Shown piece by piece: positions 53,495 to 64,000 of a DNA stretch of 64,000 nucleotides; position 1 is the stretch's first letter, and the number at the start of each line of letters is the position of its first letter. The stretch comes from Octopus vulgaris. Its lineage: Eukaryota. Under the pieces are notes generated by a model. That model was not told where the DNA came from and did not search any database. It saw only the letters and a program-made list of their open reading frames with translations. A program made the position numbers and the translations under genes. Where the stretch lies: positions 26,722,001 through 26,786,000 of the forward strand of contig OX597828.1 of assembly GCA_951406725.2 (NCBI GenBank). The letters are read 5' to 3'.

Positions 53495-54954
53495 ATGGCT
53501 ATGGGGGTCCAATAGGAATCAAAGGGATCCATCAGTAAAAAAAAGTGTTCTGCTTAATTCTTTTAAATCCACAGAATTAAATTTGAGGAACATCTGGATG
53601 CCATTTCTTGAAAGTCAAGGGAATGTGTAGGTGAAGCACGGGCAACGTTTTTTAAGACATGGGCCACATGAGGCATGGCTCATCATCAGGTGGGTCACAC
53701 TTCTAAAACAATTCAAGGTAATTTTTCCTTAGGCTTGCCATTTTGAAAGTCTTTCGGCCTTACAGGTTTGCTCATGACTGGTATAGAGTTTCCTGAGTTA
53801 TCATTGTTGGGTGGGTGGGGTTTGGGGTAACAGGGGCTGTAGAGGTGTTTGGGACTCTTTTACTCCCTTTTTATTCTTGTCCTTTCTGCCCTGCACCACT
53901 CCCTCTCTTTCTCTCTCTCTCTCTCTCTGCCATTGCCATTTCTCTTTCTCCATCTCTCTCTCTCTCTGCTTCACCCACCATCTCATTTACCTCTCTTACT
54001 CTCCTTCCTTTATCTCCATCATCATCATCATCATCTCTCTACTTCCCACTCTCTCTTTTATCCCCCTCTCTATCCCTCTCCCTCTCTCTCTCTATCTCTG
54101 CTGTTCAGTTCCTCTTAGTAGCTGTTGCCTTTCTTCTTTCTTCCATTCCTCCTTTCCTTCCTTTTTTGTTTCTTTCCTTCCTTTCTTTCTCTTTCTTTTT
54201 CGCTTTCTTTTCTCTCTCCACCTTCGTCTCTCTTTCTCTATCTCTCTGTCATACTTGCTTTCCTTTTTCCATTTCCCTGACTTTCAATCTCTCTCTCTCT
54301 CTCTCTCCTCATTTCTTCCTCCTCTTTCTCTCTCCTTCACCACCACTACCACCACCACCACCATCATCTCCACTTCAGTGTGGATTAATTAATTGAAATG
54401 AAATTATTTACAGTTGTTGCCCTAAGGATGTGAAAGTAGATGATGGTAGTGGCGGTAGTGGTGGTGGTGGTAGTGGTGGTAGCCATGTTGGCGGCAGTGC
54501 TGGTTGTGGAGGTGGAATTGTAAAGAGATCAATCAATCAATATGGTCTTTTGTCTTCATGGAAATTGTCTCTCCTTCATTCCTCACACTTCACCTCTCTC
54601 TGTCTCTATCTCTCTTTCTCTCTCTCTCTCACATACATACACTCTCATTTTCATATGTATATATATGTATGTATATATATATATTGCACACACAATCGTA
54701 CAAATTTTCATTATTTTTTCCTCTCTTTGACCATTCATTCACAATTCTTGTGTCCCCCTTTTCTTCTTTTTCTCTTTCCTTTCTCATCAAGTTATTACCT
54801 TCTTCTCCATTCCATATTTTTCTCTTTGTTTCTCTCCTTTACTTTCCTCTTTCTCCTCCTCCCCTCACTCAGTATGTGTGTGTTTGTGCATGCTTCTGTT
54901 ATATATAGATAATTATAATCTTTGTATATCTATGCATATGTATGTATTTACAGA

Positions 54955-54965
54955 TGTGTGTGTAT

Positions 54966-55021
<56 letters not shown>

Positions 55022-55138
55022 ATGTGTTTGTGTGTGTATATGTATGTTTGTGTGTGTGTGTGTGTGTATATGTATGTGTGTGTGTGTATATATATGTGTG
55101 TGTGTGTATATGTATGTGTGTGTGTGTGTGTGTATATA

Positions 55139-55174
<36 letters not shown>

Positions 55175-55280
55175 CGTGTGTATGTATATGTATGTGTGTG
55201 CGTGTGTATGTATATGTATGTGTGTGCGTGTGTATGTATGTGTGTGTGTGTATATGTATATGTGTGTGTGTATATGTATA

Positions 55281-55356
<76 letters not shown>

Positions 55357-55395
55357 TATATATAACTATACACACACACACACATATATGTATAT
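54955..55395. repeat. (GT)n/(TA)n compound microsatellite
   Basis: Read directly from the sequence. Confidence 0.97.
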
Positions 55396-56219
55396 AGGGA
55401 AAGAGAGAGAGAGTCTCTGTGTGCGTAAAGGTAGTGTGAGAAAACAAGCACATAAAAGTCAGCTCTGACACTCACCGTCTTTCAAAATTCTGTCCCTCTT
55501 TCTAATTCTGTTAGATTATCTCTTTCACTCTTTTTTATACCCATTCTTTCGTTTGTTTGTGTGTTTCTTTCTTTCTTATATGCTGGTATCCCAGAATCAT
55601 TTTATCTAAGGTGTCTTTTTCCTCGGTAGTAGACATGATCCGAGTGAGAGTTCACTACTGTTTTTAGCATGTCGAGCAACTACATAGTGGCTCATTCATT
55701 GGCTGATGCATCATCATCATCACCATAATTTAATAGCTCATGTCCCTTGCTGGCAGGGGTTGGACAGTTCCATAGGGACCTGATAGGCTCAAGGGCTGCA
55801 TCATGCTCCAATGTTTACTTTGGCCCCTGGTTTCTATGGCTGGTTTCCCTTACTAACACCAACCATTTCACTGCATGTATTTTTAAAAAATAATTTGGTG
55901 TGATATATGGGAAATTTAACTGCTATTTCTAGCATGGCAAGATATCCCGTAACCTTCCTCATTGACTATTGAGGTGTGTTGTTGATCCTGAAAGTAGACA
56001 TTTAGAGGCAGCAGCAGTTGTGGTATGCTTTCCAGGACTTGCATTCCTCACCATTTCAATGTTCACTTTTCCATGCTTGCATGGGACAGACAGAATCCAT
56101 TGAGGCAGATTTTCTATGGTTGGATGCCTTTCCTCTCACCAACCCTCACCTGTTTCCAAGCAAAGTAATATTCCTTGTGACCAGACATGTTTTCATGGAA
56201 GACTGGAAACAGCAATGAC

Positions 56220-56648
56220 ACTTACTCTCTCTCTCTCTCTCTCTCTTTTACTCTTTTACTTGTTTCAGTCATTTGACTGCGGCCCTGCTGGAGCACCACC
56301 TTTAATCGAGCAACTCGACCCCGGGACTTATTCTTTTGTAAGCCCAGTACTTATTCTATCAGTCTCTTTTGCCAAACCGCTAAGTAATGGGGACATAAAC
56401 ACACCAGCATCGGTTGTCAAGCAATGCTAGGGGGACAAACACAGACACACAAACACACACACACACACACATATATATTTATATATCCATATATACGATG
56501 GGCTTCTTTCAGTTTCCGTCTACCAAATCCACTCACAAGGCTTTGGTCGGCCCGAGGTTATAGTTGAAGACACTTGCCCAAGGTGCCACGCAGTGGGACT
56601 GAACCCGGAACCATGTGGTTGGTAAATAAGCTACTTACCACACAGCCA
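56220..56648 (-). mobile_element. CORE-type SINE (family A), near full length
   Basis: Same subfamily diagnostics as the copies at 32332 and 48320 (GCAACTCGACCCC, GCAATG.TAGGGGGAC). Confidence 0.9.
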
Positions 56649-57557
56649 TGACTTGTTTACAAATAGAGACAGTAAACATACACAGACATGCATACATACA
56701 TACATACACTCACACAAACACACACGATGGATTTCATTCAGTTTCCGTCTACCAAATCCACTCACAAGGTTTTGGTCAGCCTGTGGCTATAGTAGAAGAC
56801 ATCCATCTTATCACATTGATGTACCTGCACCTTGTATTATATTCATTATAACTGATTATCATCCTCATTAATTTAATGTCCGCTTTTCCATGCTTTGATG
56901 GGTTTAGATGAAATTTGCTAAAGTATATTTCCTGTGGCTGGATGCTCTTCCTGTCACCAACTCTCTCTCTCTCTCTTGTGGCTGGTTGTGTTTCAAGAGA
57001 AATTGCGTACAACTGATGCTGCTTGTATGAGGGGACATCAGCTGACAATTAGAAGACATTACTAGCTGAAGGGACTGTGCAATGCCACTATTACTTTGAG
57101 TATAGAATTGTGTTACCAAATTTTTTTGCACACTAGTTGATGTAATATATAGTGTAAAGATGTTGTGGAGACATTCAAACATTGCCAGTATCTTTTCAAA
57201 TCCTGCTGCATTTCTCATGGAATTTTTGGTCCTTCAAAGCTGTCTTCATGTATAGGTTGACCTTCCATTTTTGGCTGTAAATTTGGATCTGAAAAATTTG
57301 ATTTATTTGCCAGGAAAGATTAAAATAACTATTGGTGTAACTAACAACAGACAACAAATAAATTTAATTAATAACATAAACGTTAATAAACTTAAGAGTT
57401 TTGATTAAGATACCAAGATATCCTTAATTAATGAATTCTATGCTTGCATTGAATAGAGGTAATATATTTTTGAAGAATGTTTAATGGAAACAGTGAAAAA
57501 CAAAAAGGAACAACTGAAATTTGACTTTCTCTCCTTACTCTCTGATTTAAAAAACAT

Positions 57558-57851
57558 TCGAGTGAGGTCGTTGCCAGTGCCACTGGACTGGACCATGTGC
57601 AGGTGGCACATAAAAAGCGTCATTTGAGCGTAGCCGCTGCCAGTACCACCTGACTGGCCCTCGTGCCGGTGGCACATAAAAGCAGCCAATACACTCTTGG
57701 AGTGGTTGGCATTAGGAAAGACATCCAGCTGTAGAAACTCTGCCAGATCAGATTGGAGTCTGGTGCAGCCATCTGGTTCACCAGACCTCAGTCAAATCGT
57801 CCAACCCATGCTAGCATGGAAAGTGGACATTAAACGATGATGATGATGATG
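57558..57851 (+). mobile_element. RTE-type 3' end (family C variant)
   Basis: GGTGGCACATAAAAAGC units, ..CGTCCAACCCATGCTAGCATGGAAAG.., (GAT)n tail. Confidence 0.8.
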
Positions 57852-58785
57852 TTTATGACACAAAGAAGAAGTCCCCTATACATTTACTGCCTTGAGTTTC
57901 AGGATTCCTAGGGTTAGTTACCTATTTTCCATTGCATAAAAATGACTGTCTATTGGTTGTTGTTTGAACACTGGTCAGATCTGGTCAAACAAGCATATAA
58001 CTTCTTACCATAACTGTCAGCCCTGATTTTTTTTTTTTTTTTTGTAATGTGTCTTTCTTTTTTATTTTCGTTAAGAATGAGATTTGAAAATTTGAAGGCG
58101 ATTCAACTGCAATTGGGAAGCCATTCGAGTGTGAGTGAATAGAGAGTTCCTTATTTGCTCCCATGTTTTGCAAGGAATTGTACAATGAAAGAAGCTTTCT
58201 TCAAAGCACAACTAGAGCAACAGCTTATGTTCCTGCCTCTCCATCATCATCATCATCCCCTGGCTATTGCTGTCCTGGGTCCTCAGACCCCCCATCGGGC
58301 TGGCTATTTGATTCCCATGGCATGTGTGATTGATATCATAACCTTCCCTTGCACAGGATGCCAGTGTGTTCCAGAGTGACTCGTTTACAGCTGAGTGGAC
58401 TGGAGCAATGTGAAATGAAGTGCCTTGCTCAAGGAAACAATGCACCTACAGGTCTGAGAATCGAAACCACATTCTGAGGCTTGTGAATGCAAAACTATAA
58501 CAACTAGACCATGTGCCTTCACTCATACTATGAGAGTCCCAATTAATTACAATAAGAAATTGGTAATGCTCTGACAATGAAGAATTACCTGGTCTTTGAC
58601 AATTTTATTTGTAGACAACTTAATGTTTTGAAATACTTCCCCTCCTCTTTCATTCTCTCTCTCTCTCTCATTCTCTTAATCTCTGTGACCGTTGGTTATA
58701 TCTTAATCTGAAGAACACATTACCATCTACAGATAATCAATTTTGAGATCATAGGGAAAATATTTAGTTGCAATATCTTGTATAC

Positions 58786-58838
<53 letters not shown>

Positions 58839-58841
58839 CAC

Positions 58842-58887
<46 letters not shown>

Positions 58888-58924
58888 TTTTTTCCTTGTT
58901 TCAGCTGAGCTGCGACCATGCTGA

Positions 58925-58985
<61 letters not shown>

Positions 58986-59394
58986 TTCATTTTGCATGTC
59001 ACTTTCTCCTTTTCCCCCTTTTCCTCTGTATGTGTGTGTGTGACACTAAAATACTTTCAAGTGCCTAATCTTTATCATTTCTACCAACCTATGTCATCAT
59101 CATCATCAGCTAAAGAGAACAAGTGTCTGCTGAAAAGTTGCAAAGGTAATATAATATAAAGAAGGATGAGAAAGTTTTGTATGTTGGGGTATTATGCAAT
59201 CGTGAGAGAGGGGGGAAAAAGCAAGCAGGGGGCCACACTTAAGTCTTCATGCAATGGTTAAGGACTGAAATGCATTAGCTATTGATATTAGGCACAGCAG
59301 GGTGTGATGCGGAGACTCGAGTGGAAGTGTTGCACAAGGACAGCAGTTCTTGTGGTGATGGTGGGGGAAGGGGACAGCAACAGTCTTGCGTGTG

Positions 59395-60182
59395 TGATGG
59401 TGGTGGTGGCGGTGATGTATGTGCGGTAGTTTTAGTGGTGGCAGCGATATTGTGTGTGGTGGTGTTGGTGTTAGTGCTAATGTTACGTGTGGTGGTGGTG
59501 ATGTATGTGTGGTAGTTTTAGTGGTGGCAGCAATATTGTGTGTGTTGGTGTTAGCACCAATGTTACGTGTGGTGGTGGTGATGTATGTGTGGTAGTTTTA
59601 GTGGTGCCAGCGATATTGTGTGTGGTGGTGTTGGTGTTAGTGCTAATGTTACGTGTGGTGGTGGTGCCGATGTATGTGTGGTAGTTTTAGTGGTGGCAGC
59701 AATATTGTGTGTGATGGTGTTGGTGTTAGGGCCAATGTTGCATGTAGTTGTGGTGGTGTTGGTGTTAGTGCTAATGTTACGTGTGGTGGTGGTGATGTAT
59801 GTGTGGTAGTTTTAGTGGTGGCAGCGACATTGTGTGTGGTGGTGTTGGTGTTAGTGCTAATGTTACGTGTGGTGGTGATGTATGTGTGGTAGTTTTAGTG
59901 GTGGCTGCAATATTGTGTGTGGTGGTGTTGGTGTTAGCACCAACGTTGTGTGTGGTGGTGGTGATGTATGTGTGGTAGTTTTAGTGGTGCCAGCGATATT
60001 GTGTGTGGTGGTGTTGGTGTTAGTGCTAATGTTACGTGTGGTGATGTGTGTGTGGTAGTTTTAGTGGTGGCTGCAATATTGTATGTGTTGGTGTTAGTGC
60101 TAATGTTACGTGTGGTGGTGATGTATGTGTGGTAGTTTTAGTGGTGGCTGCGATATTGTATGTGGTGGTGTTGGTGTTAGTA
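59395..60182. repeat. GT-rich minisatellite, ~70-85 bp unit x~10
   Basis: GTGGTGATGTATGTGTGGTAGTTTTAGTGGTGGCAGCRATATTGTGTGTGGTGGTGTTGGTGTTAGTGCTAATGTTACGT repeated. Confidence 0.95.
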
Positions 60183-60364
60183 GATCCTACTGCAAAGCAG
60201 GAAGCAAATATGGTTTTGTTGTAGTTGCAATGAGATTTTCTGTTCTTTATTTTGAATTTGAATCCTGTCAGAGCTAAATCTACTCTTCTCTCCCTCCAGG
60301 TTGATTAGATAACCACCAGATTCTCTACCGATTCAACTATGACTCTACTAATGTTATATATTTC

Positions 60365-60789
60365 GGATCTTTTCGGTTTGAACGGCAGTTTTTTAAAATA
60401 ATTTCCACGTAACTAAACTCTTTCAAACTTCGTATACTGGTAGAATGTGTTTATAAAACATCTTTTTCTCTTGGCTTTATTGAGAAAAGTCTATGGTTTG
60501 TAAGATATTTGTTGTTTTTTTTTCTTCAATTTCTGCAATTTCAACCAATCAATGACGTCAATTGAGGTGAAAACATTCTGTGCCGTATGACTATGTCTCT
60601 CGTTTAAGAAACAGATTGGGTTTATTTACATTTGTGAAGAAAAAAAGATACCCTTCCCCCACCCCTAATCCTAACCAACCCTAACCCTAAAACATTGAAA
60701 TGCAATAGATCGATACTAGGGTCATAATTATGGGTGACAATTTCATATGACACCGCTAGAAAAAACTGCTGTTCAAACCAAAAAGATCC
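60365..60789. mobile_element. MITE with ~30-bp TIRs and 8-bp TSD (Merlin-like ends)
   Basis: TIRs GGATCTTTTCGGTTTGAACGGCAGTTTTTT and AAAAAACTGCTGTTCAAACCAAAAAGATCC; TSD TATATTTC at 60357-60364 and 60790-60797. Confidence 0.88.
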
Positions 60790-61549
60790 TATATTTCTAC
60801 TTTCCTGATTTAGTCTACGTTCAGGTAGCAAACTAGCAGAACCATTAACATGACGCGCAAAATGCTTAGTGGCACCTTTGTTGGCTTTACATTCTGATTT
60901 CAAATTCCTCTGGGCTTAGAGAGTCAATATACTTGACTAGTCCCCTGCACCCTTAAATCTCGGGCCTTGTGCTATAGAAGATGCGATTATTAAGTCTAAG
61001 GCTGACAGATTGGGGGAGAATCAGTGCAACGTAAGAAATTTCTTGCAGAATATTCTTTATTGCTCTTTCCATTCTGAGTTCATTTCCCTCTGATTTTACT
61101 TGGCCTTTTTTTCTCTTCAGGGTGGATAAAATAACTCAGTTGACACTCACCATAGAAGTACTGTTCCTCCATTTGGGACTGTATGACAGCTGCACCCCCA
61201 CTCCTGTTATCTTGGATCCCTCCCCCCTCGTCCCCAGGTTACTTGACTGATTGGTGTAAAGTCACTTGTAAACCCTCACACTCCAACCTTGGTTCAATCC
61301 CAGAGAGGCTGTCTCCTCTGCTTTTATTGTTTTGTCCTATATCAGTCCTGATCAAGCCAACCTATGATCCTATTGTTCTTTTTTTTGAAGGGGGGCATAG
61401 TGTATCTAGGTCTACATTATTAATATGTACCCCCTATTCTCAAACAGTGGTATGTATAATTTGAGAGGTGATTTAACTGTTACTTCCAGCACATTGAACA
61501 CCCATGTAAAGGCTCCCCTGTTGACTTGAGTGTGTTGATGTTGTTGTTG

Positions 61550-61922
61550 GAGGTCTGTGGCTTAGTGGTTATGATATTTGGCTTGCAGTTGTAAGGTTGT
61601 GAGTTCAGTTCCTGGGGGCACATTGCATCCTTCGGCAAGGCACTTTATTCCACATTACTCCTGTCCACTCAGCTGGCAACAATGAGTGCCCACAGGGGGG
61701 AGGCAGCTAAACATAGAGGGGACAAACAAGGGCAGACAAAGGGATTAAGTCGATTACATCAACCCTAGGGCATAACTGGCACTTATTTAATTATTTAATT
61801 GACCCCCAAAAGGATGAAAGGCAAAGTCAACCTCTGTGGAATTTGAACTCAGAATGTAACGGCAAACAAGATACCGGTAAGCATTTTGCCCGGCATGCTA
61901 ACGGTTCTGCCAGCTTGCCACC
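61550..61922. mobile_element. Family D SINE (+, 61550-61688) abutting a family B SINE (-, 61689-61922)
   Basis: A-box TGGCTTAGTGG and B-box-like GAGTTCAGTTCC, followed by a reverse family B body. Confidence 0.75.
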
Positions 61923-62439
61923 CTGTATGTATGTGTGTGTGTGTGTGTCTCTTCTCCCACCACTTGATAACCGGTGTTGGTTTGTTTCCATTCTCATAAA
62001 TAAGTACTGGGGTTGATTTGTTTGAACATGACCTTTCCAGGCAGTGCCCCAACATGGTCGCAGCCCACTGACTGAGACAAATAAAAGATCAGTTTTCATT
62101 TTAAACATGTTGAGTGTGTGTGTGAGTGAGAGAGAGACACAGTGTGTGTGTGTGTACGTGTGTGTGACAAAGCAAGCATTAACAGGTGTGTATTTGTCTC
62201 TGACGTGTATGTGTGTAGTCATATATCTATGTGTGTCTATAAATCTATAAATATTTGTGTGTGTGTATGTGTGTGAGAGAGAGTGAGCATGGATGCAAAT
62301 TTGAGTGCCTATGTATATGTTTGTATATACGTATGCGTATATCTATATGTAACTGTGTACAGCTACGCATTTCTATGTGCGTTGGTATATATATACCTTC
62401 ATAGATACATACATGTATGTGTGTGTGTGTGTTCATCTG

Positions 62440-62577
62440 TCTATCTATCTGTCCGTCTATTTATCTATCTCTCTACCTGTCTGTCTATCTATCTATATAT
62501 CTACCTGTCTGTCTATCTATCTATATATCTACCTGTCTATCTATCTGTCTATCTATCTATATATCTACCTGTCTATA

Positions 62578-62623
<46 letters not shown>

Positions 62624-62725
62624 CCTGTCTGTCTATCTGTCTACCTGTCTGTATGTCTATCTTAACCTGTCTGTCTATCCACCTGTCTATCTGTCTGTCT
62701 GTCTGTCTATCTACCTATCTGTCTG
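62440..62725. repeat. (CTAT)/(CTGT) microsatellite
   Basis: Read directly from the sequence. Confidence 0.95.
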
Positions 62726-62778
62726 TTTGTGTCTCTTTCTCTACACACATACAATTATACATACACATACATACATGC

Positions 62779-62837
<59 letters not shown>

Positions 62838-62959
62838 CATCTATACATTGTTCTATGTGTGTGATAAAAATTACTCCAATTTTAGTTTGAAAAATAATTA
62901 CAGTTTATGTTTTGGCCATTATGCATTACAAGGAAACAATGGTTTCATGGTACATTGTC

Positions 62960-63041
<82 letters not shown>

Positions 63042-63417
63042 TTTTCTTCTCTTTCTAGAACTTTCCATTTGTGTTTCTTCTCATACCTTGTTTATTTTTA
63101 TAATTGTTTTATTTAATTATTATTCTCATTATATTTCTATATTTCTAAACTTATTTTAACCCTTTTTGTTTTCTCTCTTCTCCCTCTTTCCAAAGTGCTT
63201 CTGTCGACGGTGGTGGTCATGGTGGTGGTGGTGCTTGTTTATCCTATCTACATGGAGTATTTCATGAAAAGGCTTTCTACTTGCTCTCTCTTTGTCTCTC
63301 TTTCCTTTCCTCTCTCTCTCTCTCTCTCTCTGTCTTTATATGTCCTTCTCTCTTACTTTCTGCCCCCTCTCTCTCTACCTCTCCTTACCTGCTCACTCTC
63401 TTCTTTCCACTCTCTGT

Positions 63418-63540
63418 CCTTGAATCTCCTTCTCTCTCTTCCACATTCCCTCTCCATCCTTGAATCTCCTTCTCTCTCTTCCACATTCCCTCTCCATCCT
63501 TGAATCTCCTTCTCTCTCTTCCACATTCCCTCTCCATCCC
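63418..63540. repeat. 40-bp tandem repeat x3
   Basis: CCTTGAATCTCCTTCTCTCTCTTCCACATTCCCTCTCCAT repeated. Confidence 0.93.
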
Positions 63541-63597
63541 TCCTCTATCTCTCCTGTGTGTCTCTTTCTCTGTATCCCTCCCTCTATATGTACCACC

Positions 63598-63637
<40 letters not shown>

Positions 63638-64000
63638 CAAACATCTACCATGATAAAAATTTGAAATGAAAAAAAATATTACCTTGGTATCATCCCTCCA
63701 TCCCACAAAAAAAAATTGTAAAAACAAAACAAAACATAAGTTGCAAATGTTAACTAAATAATAATAATAATAATAATGATAATAATAATAATGACAATAA
63801 TAATAATAAAATAAATACATATATAATAAGAAACACAAAAGAAAGTAAAAAAAACAAACAATAACAAACAATACAATTGGAAGAGATGGAGAAGAAGAAG
63901 AAGAAGTAGAAAGAAAAACATAACGAAGATGACAACTACAAAAGACAACCACCACAACAACAACAACAACAACAACAACAATAATAATAATAACAATATT

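Noticed and set aside
53811-54912. Hydrophobic Leu/Ser/Phe-rich ORFs resembling membrane proteins
   Set aside because: Translation of polypyrimidine (CT)n tracts
57080-57300. Possible Tc1/mariner N-terminal fragment
   Set aside because: Similarity too faint and no TIRs identified
59395-60182. Regular repeat array resembling a CRISPR array
   Set aside because: Head-to-tail units with no unique spacers, no cas genes, and a eukaryotic context

Overview
This is AT-rich animal genomic DNA dominated by repeats. The density of (TA)n/(CA)n/(CTAT)n microsatellites and the SINE/LINE families look like an octopus (coleoid cephalopod) genome; this is inferred from repeat composition, not from a database search. 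I could not recognise any host protein-coding gene, so the window appears intronic or intergenic. Nearly all long ORFs in the track are microsatellite translation artefacts. Recognisable content: a decayed mariner transposase; R4/Dong-type, CR1-type and RTE-type LINE fragments; at least three tRNA-derived SINE families (many copies, often nested); non-autonomous Helitrons; a Helentron/DINE-1-like element; piggyBac-, Tigger- and 8-bp-TSD MITEs; and several minisatellites. Three signals stand out. (1) A structurally complete type I hammerhead ribozyme on the minus strand at 42077-42169. (2) A fold-back insertion at 10839-11323 that joins a tRNA-like Pol III head to a hammerhead-like motif and has Penelope-like insertion hallmarks; it may be a SINE mobilised by Penelope-like elements. 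(3) A set of short fold-back remnants embedded in (TA)n tracts. All family assignments were made by eye.
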